Notes under the pieces: model-generated
What the model was told of the DNA's origin: nothing
The model's database searches: none
The model's input: only the letters and a program-made list of their open reading frames with translations
Shown here: positions 8,542-15,985 of the stretch, one piece after another
How positions within the stretch are numbered: the stretch's first letter is position 1
Layout of the letters: every line of letters begins with the position of its first letter
Assembly: GCA_002722515.1 (NCBI GenBank)
Contig: PBMH01000007.1
Coordinates: forward strand, 2,730-66,729
From: Alphaproteobacteria bacterium
Lineage (GTDB): Bacteria > Pseudomonadota > Alphaproteobacteria > UBA6615
Length of the DNA: 64,000 nt
Reading direction: 5' to 3'
Position numbers and translations under genes: made by a program

Positions 8542-9459
8542 TTAGGTACGTCTAAACTGCTCAAGAAAAGTTTCGAGAGAGCCAATCGCTTTAGTTACGT
8601 CCGTTGGTAAAATTATGGTTTTAGTATTTTCGCTAGCGGCGACGCCTCCAAGTGCTTCAATCTGTTTTTTCATTATTTCGTAGTTAATTGCAGGCTGGCC
8701 ATTATCCGATATCGCAGCTGCAATTACTTTGGTTTGAGTGGCATTTGCGTTCGCTTCAATCTCAATTGAGTATGCGTTTGCATCAGCGGTTACACGTATG
8801 GCTTCGGCCTCTTTTGTTGCCCTATACAACTCTGCGTCGGAGGCGAGCTCTACAGAGCGTTTATCACCTTCGGATCGTGCAATCACGGCGCGTCGTTCTC
8901 GTTCGGCGTTTAGTTGCTGCCGTTGGGCAATTTTTGTTTCTTCGTCGATTATTACGTCTGTGATCTCTGTGCGCGTTATTTCAATGCCCCATATCTCGGC
9001 GGCATTTTGAAGGTTTTCGGCAATTTCTTGGTTCATCGACTCCCTTGAGGATTGGAGTTCGTCCAGTTCTAGTCGGCCCGCGGCCGACCTCACGATGGAT
9101 GTCGATGCGGTATGTATAGCTTTATTGATGGCTCTGATTCGGTAAACGGAAGCGGCTGCATCGACGACCCTAAAAAACACAGTCGCTTCCAGCCTCACCT
9201 CAACGTTGTCTTTGGTTATTACTGAGATCTCAAATTCTGAGAGTTGGCGTTCCAGGATCGATATTCGGTGAGCCACCTTTTCAAGGAATGGAATAATAAA
9301 GTTGAGCCCCGCGGGAAGTGTTCGCGTATATTTACCGAAGCGTTCGATAACAAAAACGTCAGACTGCGGGACAACCTTTACGCCTTTATAGACTAGTAGG
9401 ATCGCGAATACAAAAATAACTAATGTTGTAATTAGAGATCAACTCAGTAGTTCTTGCAT
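8542..9459 (-). CDS. SPFH/band-7 (stomatin/HflC-like) protein; N-terminal anchor separated by an in-frame TGA (possible pseudogene)
   Basis: The uninterrupted ORF 8542..9276 starts at a GTG inside the SPFH domain. The same frame upstream reads SLITTLVIFVFAILLVYKGVKVVPQSDVFVIERFGKYTRTLPAGLNFIIPFLEKV, a typical SPFH N-terminus. Before that come TGA (9439..9441) and ATG-QELLS (ATG at 9457..9459). Confidence 0.8.
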
Positions 9460-9811
9460 GGGCCTGCACGATTTCTAGTTAATGGGTTTCTGTCGGTAGG
9501 AGTTTTACGAGGGCACCAGATTAATTGTAAGGAAACGGATAATCAATGATTTGGCCCACATGTGAGCGATGTGGGCGTTAATATCTCATTAGGGAGCGCT
9601 CAGCAAAGGGGCGGATCCTTTGGAGGGGCTCTGCGGTGTATGCGCGAATGCGGGGCAGCTATGTGTTATTATGCAGCGTAAGCCCATAAATATGTTGCTG
9701 TGGTAACCAGCAGGGTGCTCAGCTTAAAGTTAGCGTGAATTTCGGAAAATGCAGTCACGAAATGAACGTAGCAAGACCGCGACTGGAATATCTTTATTCG
9801 GGGGCAATAAA

Positions 9812-10132
9812 ATGAAGATGAAATATATTGTCCCTGTGATTATTGGGGTAGCTCTCTACGCGTCAAATCCGACCGACGAAGATTTTTCGTATTTTGTGAG
9901 GGGTGAAATAGAAAACAGACTTCCGAAGGACGACGGCGGAGAAATTGTCACCTTATTTTTCAGAGAAATTTTGGCAGGAGTGGTGATGGAATCAACATAT
10001 AGGAAAGATTTTTTCTTCGCTTCCAGGTATATTATGGACACATCCGGTATCAGGATTTTTCGGCCTGAGCTTCCTGAAAAATTAGAATTTTGGGGTGTGG
10101 GTGGGCAGTTTATACCGGCAACAAGGTTTTAG
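9812..10132 (+). CDS. Hypothetical small membrane-anchored protein (possibly DUF4359-like)
   Basis: MKMKYIVPVIIGVALYASNPTDEDFSYFV. The ATG at 9812 is chosen over the longer ORF start at 9749. Confidence 0.4.
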   Translation: MKMKYIVPVIIGVALYASNPTDEDFSYFVRGEIENRLPKDDGGEIVTLFFREILAGVVMESTYRKDFFFASRYIMDTSGIRIFRPELPEKLEFWGVGGQFIPATRF

Positions 10133-10361
10133 TATCAGGGCCGCCGCCCTTTTCTAAATCCTTGTTTCGAATGCTGGCTGACGACGGCTCAATGCTATCC
10201 CGTCGAAATAGAGAAATTAATTCAGAAATTTCACACCGACATTGGCCGCAGTTAGGCTCGTGGCCATGATAGTCATGAACCTCACGCCAGCCAGATATTC
10301 CCGAAGATATGGCAGCGTTTACTTGGCGTTCATTGAGCGCGTTACAGTTACAAATAATCAT
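10110..10361 (-). CDS. bfd: Bacterioferritin-associated ferredoxin (2Fe-2S) Bfd
   Basis: MIICNCN...EPNCGQCRC is the four-Cys BFD-like pattern. Divergent from bfr. Start set at the internal ATG 10359..10361, because the longer ORF runs through a simple repeat. Confidence 0.8.
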   Translation of the reverse strand: MIICNCNALNERQVNAAISSGISGWREVHDYHGHEPNCGQCRCEISELISLFRRDSIEPSSASIRNKDLEKGGGPDTKTLLPV

Positions 10362-10384
10362 GTGGCTAGTTGGGAAGTCAGCGT

Positions 10385-10403
10385 GAGAATGCGAATTATT
10401 ATC
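10385..10403. promoter_or_regulatory. Fur-box-like operator just upstream of bfd
   Basis: GAGAATGCGAATTATTATC matches 15/19 positions of GATAATGATAATCATTATC by hand alignment. A related copy, GCGAATGATTATTATCAA, lies at 10563..10580. Confidence 0.4.
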
Positions 10404-10470
10404 AATCCTCTTGGTCCCGCCTGTCAAGATTGTTGAAACGGGCTCGTTAGTGCCGTCACTGGCCTCCCTA

Positions 10471-10520
10471 CGGCTCCCCACGACCCCCCACGACCCCCCA
10501 CGACCCCCCACGACCCCCCC
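10471..10520. repeat. Tandem decamer repeat CGACCCCCCA x5 (3 perfect copies, 2 variant)
   Basis: Read directly: cggctcccca cgacccccca cgacccccca cgacccccca cgaccccccc. Confidence 0.95.
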
Positions 10521-10594
10521 CTTGCCATCTGCCTGCGAGTGATTATTACTATCGTTGTTCTTGCGAATGATTATTATCAACTTGTATAGATATC

Positions 10595-10613
10595 GAGAAT
10601 GATAATGAATATC
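10595..10613. promoter_or_regulatory. Fur-box-like operator in the bfd-bfr intergenic region
   Basis: GAGAATGATAATGAATATC matches 16/19 positions of the Fur consensus by hand alignment. Confidence 0.5.
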
Positions 10614-10740
10614 AGTAAAAACTTAAAAATACTTGACGTTATGTAATAAAAGGCGATAGTAGTATATTACTATGAATTACTTGGAACCGGTAGTTAACCC
10701 GGGCATGTGAGCGCCAGTAATCGGCAGTTTGGAGGAACAG

Positions 10741-11223
10741 ATGAAGGGTGAACCAACGGTTATCGAGCACCTGAACATTATTTTAAAAAATGAGCTAACT
10801 GCGATTAACCAATATTTTCTTCATTCACGGATACTCAAGGATTGGGGTTTTAATCGGCTGGGTGAGAAAGTTTATGAAGAGTCGATCGGTGAGATGAAGC
10901 ATGCCGATAAATTGATTGAACGAATTCTTATGCTCAACGGATTACCGAACCTGCAAGATTTGGGTAAGCTTAGGATTGGGGAGGAAGTGCCTGAGATTCT
11001 GGCGTCTGACCTTGGGGTCGAGGAGATGAATCAGGGTTGTTTGAAGGATGCAATTCCAGTTTGTGAAGAAGCTCGTGATTTTGTGTCGCGCGAAATCCTT
11101 GATGAGATTCTAAACGACACAGAAGAGCATATCGACTGGATAGAGCAACAGCATACCAGGATCGAGCAGGCCGGTTTGCAGAATTATCTTCAAGAGAACA
11201 TGTACGGAAGTGGTAACGCCTAG
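10741..11223 (+). CDS. bfr: Bacterioferritin
   Basis: [37 protein letters not shown]...EEHIDWIE is the canonical Bfr sequence pattern. ATG at 10741. Confidence 0.95.
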   Translation: MKGEPTVIEHLNIILKNELTAINQYFLHSRILKDWGFNRLGEKVYEESIGEMKHADKLIERILMLNGLPNLQDLGKLRIGEEVPEILASDLGVEEMNQGCLKDAIPVCEEARDFVSREILDEILNDTEEHIDWIEQQHTRIEQAGLQNYLQENMYGSGNA

Positions 11224-11469
11224 GGGTCGGAATAAAGTCCCTAAGTGAGTTTTGTGGTGAGCTGAGGTTTAGCGGGCAGGCTGAGCAGTCTGCTTGCTGT
11301 GCAGAATTGTCTGTCGGCATATATTCTGAAGACGCGGTTTTACATGTCACCCGTGGTCTCAATTGGAACGATGGCCTGGAAGGTCTCCCAGGCCTTTGTT
11401 TCTGCGGATAATTTACAAAATATGCGGATCTGTGCAGGATGTAGCCCATCAGTGTGATGGACGGGGAAG

Positions 11470-12063
11470 ATGACTGGTAATATGAGATGTTCGGCTAATG
11501 GTTTGATGGTTCTAAAATTCCTGGCGCCGATTATGACAGCAGTTATTTTCTGGACTTCGGCAGTTGCGTCCGCAGGCGATGTCTTAATTGACGACTTTAA
11601 GAGACCCCCAGAACTTCGATGGGAATTTATTGCAGATACTGTAATGGGCGGCGTCTCAACTGGCGGGGTCTCTTTCCTTCAAGACGACGGGGAGACCTAC
11701 GCTCGTATGACAGGAGACGTAAGCACTCAAAACAATGGCGGGTTTATTCAATTCCGCGCTAAATTACCGTCGGCGCTACCTGAATCTGCGGTCGGTCTGC
11801 GCATAATTGCTCGTGGTAACGATCAGCGTTACTTCATACATTTGCGTACGACTGGTACTTTGTTGCCTTGGCAGTACTATCAGGCGGGCTTCGAAGTAGG
11901 TCGGGATTGGTCTGAAGTACGGATATCCTTCGATAACTTTAAGGCGTCGGGAAGTCTTCTTAGGGCGCTACCGAAACCAGAAAATGTCAAGTCGATAGGT
12001 GTCGTTGCTTTCGGCCGTGATCATCAAGTTAAGGTCGATGTTTCCGAAGTGAGCTATTACTAG
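11470..12063 (+). CDS. CIA30-family (complex I intermediate-associated 30-like) secreted protein
   Basis: Signal peptide, then DTVMGGVSTGGVSF...NNGGFIQFR, typical of the CIA30 domain. Confidence 0.7.
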   Translation: MTGNMRCSANGLMVLKFLAPIMTAVIFWTSAVASAGDVLIDDFKRPPELRWEFIADTVMGGVSTGGVSFLQDDGETYARMTGDVSTQNNGGFIQFRAKLPSALPESAVGLRIIARGNDQRYFIHLRTTGTLLPWQYYQAGFEVGRDWSEVRISFDNFKASGSLLRALPKPENVKSIGVVAFGRDHQVKVDVSEVSYY

Positions 12064-12294
12064 GTCTACTGATTAGTAGCTTATATAAACATTAACCCGG
12101 TACTCCAACTTATGTAAAAGTTACGTAGTGTTCCCTTATTTAAATTTCGTTGGAGTGACGGCGCCACGTACGCCAAATGCCTAGTATTTTTCTGTGGTTT
12201 GGTCGGTATTAACTGACCAAAAAAGAATGATGACAGTGATCTACAAAACAGCACTTGAAATCATCATGGAACAACCACTAGCGGAAGGTTTGGT

Positions 12295-12639
12295 TTGATG
12301 TTTCGAGCATTGAAAGTAGAAAACCCCCGTGTAACCGCTGCACGGATGTTGACGGTTGCACTGCCGACATTTGCCGTCGCAGCGTTTACAGAAAAGATAT
12401 TCTATGTCGTGCCGACTGTCGCTTTGACGTTGATGATTGCGCAGGCGATTGAGAGCGGAACAACGTCAAGCCGTAACAGAATTGAAGACGATGCCAACGT
12501 TGTAGAGGATTCGGATTCCTCTGAAGGGTCAGATGGAGACTCGGGGCCTTCAGACGGGCTAGATGGCGATACAGCAACTTCAGACGGCTTAGATGGTGAT
12601 ACAGCATCATCAGACGGCCTTGACGGAGGAATAGGGTGA
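12295..12639 (+). CDS. Hypothetical small membrane protein with a repetitive acidic tail
   Basis: Two hydrophobic helices, then SDGLDGDTATSDGLDGDTASSDGLDGG. Confidence 0.5.
   Translation: MMFRALKVENPRVTAARMLTVALPTFAVAAFTEKIFYVVPTVALTLMIAQAIESGTTSSRNRIEDDANVVEDSDSSEGSDGDSGPSDGLDGDTATSDGLDGDTASSDGLDGGIG
12550..12630 (+). repeat. 30-bp tandem coding repeat, about 2.7 copies
   Basis: tcagacgggctagatggcgatacagcaact / tcagacggcttagatggtgatacagcatca / tcagacggccttgacggagga. Confidence 0.85.
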
Positions 12640-12643
12640 CCCG

Positions 12644-12865
12644 ATGTTTGGCCTCAAAATAAAATCAGCAAAAAGCCTAACCGTGAAGCTTTTGATCGTT
12701 TTTATTCCGGTCTACCTGGTCGCCTATACAACGCAATCAATGGCTTATGTGCTTCCTACGATCGCAGTTTTCCTTATTTACGGTGCCAGCATGCCCCAGA
12801 ACGATCCTGGTGGCCGTGGAGAAGTATCCTCCGAAGAGGAAAACGAAAGCGATGCCGTGGACTGA
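12644..12865 (+). CDS. Hypothetical small membrane protein with an acidic tail (distant paralog of the upstream gene)
   Basis: Same layout as 12295..12639 (LK...LTV...P...VA.T...YV.PT.A, then an acidic tail). Starts 4 nt after the upstream stop. Confidence 0.45.
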   Translation: MFGLKIKSAKSLTVKLLIVFIPVYLVAYTTQSMAYVLPTIAVFLIYGASMPQNDPGGRGEVSSEEENESDAVD

Positions 12866-12987
12866 GGGGCATCGAGAGAGGCGGCGAACCAGATTAAACT
12901 GGTGCCGTTTCGCCTGCGACCTTCTGTCATGATCTGCCGGCGCGGGGGAGGAGTATAAAAGACGTAAATATAACTTGGAGATATCTT

Positions 12988-13428
12988 ATGAAGCGTCTTG
13001 CCTTCCTTCTGGCCGTTGCCTTCCTGGCCGCGTCGGCCTCAGCGCACGCAGCGGATACGACAGTCCAAATGTTAAATAAGGAACCTGGTTCGAAGGATCG
13101 GAATGTGTATAGTCCCGAACTTGTGCAGATCGAGCCGGGTGATACGATTAATTGGGTGGCCACGGACCGGGGACATAACGTGGAGTTTGTTCGTGGGGCG
13201 TTTCCAAAAGGTGTTAAGCCGTTCCGCTCCAAGATTGGTAAGGACGTCTCTTACACGTTTTCGAAGCCGGGTGTGTATGTCTACAAATGCACGCCGCATT
13301 ATGGCATGGGAATGGTCGGTATAATCATTGTTGGTGACCAGTCCGGCCGTCTAAAAGAAATCGCTTCTAAAAAATACCCGGGCAAGGCCGGTAAACGGAT
13401 CAAAGCGCTGCTTGCGCCGCTGATTTAG
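12988..13428 (+). CDS. Pseudoazurin (type 1 blue copper protein)
   Basis: Signal peptide. YKCTPHYGMGMVGIIIVG is the Cys-x2-His-x4-Met copper site. Confidence 0.85.
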   Translation: MKRLAFLLAVAFLAASASAHAADTTVQMLNKEPGSKDRNVYSPELVQIEPGDTINWVATDRGHNVEFVRGAFPKGVKPFRSKIGKDVSYTFSKPGVYVYKCTPHYGMGMVGIIIVGDQSGRLKEIASKKYPGKAGKRIKALLAPLI

Positions 13429-13596
13429 ATCATGTCCCCTTTGGGTTATCGGGCTAGGTAGGGACGCCTGTCATTGCGGCTAAGATAGTTGGTGGCCCCG
13501 AAAAAATCGGGGGCGGCACATCGTCTGCTCACTTACTGTGGGTGCGCGAGAAACACCACGAGGTTCAGAGAAAACTTCGGACAATGGAGATCAGAG

Positions 13597-14718
13597 ATGC
13601 GTCTCGGCTACTTTACAATGCCTGTTCATCCGCTGCATCGGGACTACCCGACAACGCTGCAGGAAGACCGCGAGACCATCATCCTATGTGACAAGTTGGG
13701 CTTTCATGACGCGTTTGTTGGGGAGCATCTTACCGACAGTGCTGAGAACATCACAAACTCGATGATGTTTCAGTCAACGCTGATCCATGCGACCGAAAAT
13801 ATTAAATTGGCGACGGGTACGACAAACCTCTCTCATATGCATCCGGTTCTGGTGGCGACCCATGCCGCCATGTTCGATAATCTCGCGCGTGGACGATTTA
13901 TACTTGGGATTAGCCCCGGCGCGCTGCGCTCGGACGCCGAGGCGCTCGGTATTCTGGATGAGGATAGGAACAAGATATTCGCCGAGGCAATCGATGTGAT
14001 CTTGGCAATATGGGCGGGCGAGACGCCGTACGATATCGACTTTGAAGACAACAGGTTCAAGGTTACAACCGAAGAGACCCGCTATCTCGAAATTGGTTAC
14101 GGCATTATGCCAAAAACGTTCCAGAAGCCACGTCCGGAGATCGTCGGCACGGTCGTTGCTCCGTTCTCGAAGGGAGTGATCGCTATGGGTGAGCGCGACT
14201 TTCATCCGCTTTCCGCTAATTTTCTTTTGCCAAAATGGGCAGCGACGCACTGGCAAAATTATTCTGAGGGAAAAGCTAATGCGGGTGTGGACGCCGATCC
14301 CTCCGATTGGCGAATCGCCCGCACGATTTTTGTGTCTGATGATGATTCTAAGGCAAAGGCCTATGGCCGGGATGATTCAAGTAGTCCATACCGCTTCTAT
14401 TACAGCCAAATCCTAAAAAAGCTCATCCGAGGCAATAGGCAGGCTGTTTTCAAGCATGATCGAGAGGAGGCAGATGATGCGATTACCCTAGATCGGGTAC
14501 TCAACGACCTCGTTATCTGCGGGACCGTGAATGATGTGGTTGACCAGATCTTGGCCCTTAGGGAAGTGACGGGCGACTTCGGTGAGTTGGTTTATGCGGG
14601 TATGGATTGGGTGGATGAAGGGCTAACAAAGCGGTCCTTAGAACTAATGGCAGAAGAAGTTATGCCCAGAGTTAATGCCGCAATTGCGTCGGTGGATCCG
14701 GCCGCTGCAGCCCAATAG
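13597..14718 (+). CDS. LLM-class (luciferase-like) flavin-dependent oxidoreductase
   Basis: MRLGYFTMPVHP...GFHDAFVGEH. ATG at 13597 is preceded by GGAGA. Confidence 0.8.
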   Translation: MRLGYFTMPVHPLHRDYPTTLQEDRETIILCDKLGFHDAFVGEHLTDSAENITNSMMFQSTLIHATENIKLATGTTNLSHMHPVLVATHAAMFDNLARGRFILGISPGALRSDAEALGILDEDRNKIFAEAIDVILAIWAGETPYDIDFEDNRFKVTTEETRYLEIGYGIMPKTFQKPRPEIVGTVVAPFSKGVIAMGERDFHPLSANFLLPKWAATHWQNYSEGKANAGVDADPSDWRIARTIFVSDDDSKAKAYGRDDSSSPYRFYYSQILKKLIRGNRQAVFKHDREEADDAITLDRVLNDLVICGTVNDVVDQILALREVTGDFGELVYAGMDWVDEGLTKRSLELMAEEVMPRVNAAIASVDPAAAAQ

Positions 14719-14742
14719 TTAAGGCCCTAAGGAGCGTTAAAC

Positions 14743-15198
14743 ATGCCCGCCGAATATCGTTCGGTCCCGAGGGCCACGATTTGGCTGGGGAGCCTGGGCG
14801 TATTACCATTTTTCGCATGCACTTTGATTATTCTAATCGGCCCCTCTCGTTTCGATTCAAGTGTGCTTGAAGTGATGGCCGCATATGGGGCTGTTATTCT
14901 GTCGTTTCTTGGCGGCATTCGATGGGGTTTTGCAACGAGTGGAGTCTACTCAGTTGCGGAAAACACAGTGCTCTTGCGTAGACTTGTAGTCAGCGTTGCG
15001 CCTTCGCTTATCGCTTGGATAGCTTTGTTGGTCGCGCAACAGTTTGGGCTATTGCTTCTCGCTTGTTCCTTCGCGGTCATGCTCGTTTTGGATACCTTGG
15101 CTGTAAGGTCAAATACGGTGCCCTGCTGGTATCCCTTGTTGAGGTGGCCACTGACGGTGGCCGTGATTGCTGCGCTGCTTGTAGCAGCTTTCTCTTAA
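14743..15198 (+). CDS. DUF3429 membrane protein
   Basis: AAYGAVILSFLGGIRWGFA motif; four TM helices; AAGGAG 8 nt upstream. Confidence 0.65.
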   Translation: MPAEYRSVPRATIWLGSLGVLPFFACTLIILIGPSRFDSSVLEVMAAYGAVILSFLGGIRWGFATSGVYSVAENTVLLRRLVVSVAPSLIAWIALLVAQQFGLLLLACSFAVMLVLDTLAVRSNTVPCWYPLLRWPLTVAVIAALLVAAFS

Positions 15199-15369
15199 CC
15201 TCGATGGCTTGGCGCGAAAATATGGGACACAAGCGTGACCTGCGGACCAAGGTCTGTCCTGTTTGCCGCTGTCCCTTCTTCTGGCGTCGACGTTGGGGCA
15301 CTTGATGGAACGAGTTGAGGTTTTGTTCAGAACGGTGCCGCGGAAACCGAAACAAAAAAGGAACGGATT

Positions 15370-15867
15370 ATGGAACCAATGTCGCACTGGAAGGGCCGGC
15401 AACCCCAGGAGTCGGTCTGGGACTATCCGCGACCGCCCCGCGTCGAAAAAATCGAAGACCGGCTTCGGGTTGACTTTGCCGGGGAAGAAATTGCCGACAC
15501 CGAACATGGTTTTAGAGTGCTCGAGACTAGCCATCCGCCCGTCTACTATCTTCCACCAAGTGATGTTCGATACGACTTATTAGTGCGAGCACCAGGAGAG
15601 TCCTTTTGCGAATTCAAAGGCATCGCGGCTTATTGGTCTCTCGAAGTGTATGGGAATGCGTCGCCTAAGGCGGCCTGGAGCTATCCAGCCCCGACGAAGC
15701 TATTCTCGGAAATCGCCGAGTATTTCGCCTTTTATCCCTCGCGCGTTGATGCCTGTTGGGTTGGTGAAGAGCGCGTTGTGCCGCAGGCAGGAGATTTTTA
15801 TGGCGGCTGGATCACGTCAAGAATTGTGGGCCCATTCAAAGGCGGCCCTGGGACGCGTGGTTGGTAG
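15370..15867 (+). CDS. DUF427 domain protein
   Basis: RVDFAGEEIADTEHGFRVLETSHPPVYYLPPSDV...CEFKGIAAYWSL. Confidence 0.8.
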   Translation: MEPMSHWKGRQPQESVWDYPRPPRVEKIEDRLRVDFAGEEIADTEHGFRVLETSHPPVYYLPPSDVRYDLLVRAPGESFCEFKGIAAYWSLEVYGNASPKAAWSYPAPTKLFSEIAEYFAFYPSRVDACWVGEERVVPQAGDFYGGWITSRIVGPFKGGPGTRGW

Positions 15868-15985
15868 TGTTTTTCGCGGGTTGGGTCTAGTGAAAGGACA
15901 GGAATGTAGTTAATTTTAAGAACAGGGGAATTAATGCATTGATTAAATCAACTCTACATACTGTGACCATAAGAACTATATCCAA

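Noticed and set aside
3243-9459. Genome-wide reassignment of TGA (for example translation table 4 or 25) as the explanation for the two in-frame TGAs.
   Set aside because: TGA terminates copC, glpX, recJ, the NicX-like gene and others exactly where their families normally end. The ORF track built with TGA as a stop gives full-length proteins nearly everywhere.
9546-9581. 11-codon mini-ORF MIWPTCERCGR coinciding with the inverted repeat CCCACAT...ATGTGGG (9555..9575).
   Set aside because: Too short to support from sequence alone. The CxxC pattern is a by-product of the palindrome.
10471-10520. The decamer array as a CRISPR-like array.
   Set aside because: The 10-bp units are directly abutting with no spacers, and there are no cas genes. 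It is a simple tandem repeat.
10362-10580. N-terminal 73-aa extension of the bfd ORF (MIIIIRKNND...GGVVGGRGGSWGVV...).
   Set aside because: It is produced by translating the decamer repeat and AT-rich operator region. Bfd proteins are about 60 to 90 aa, and the internal ATG at 10359..10361 gives the canonical MIICNCN start.
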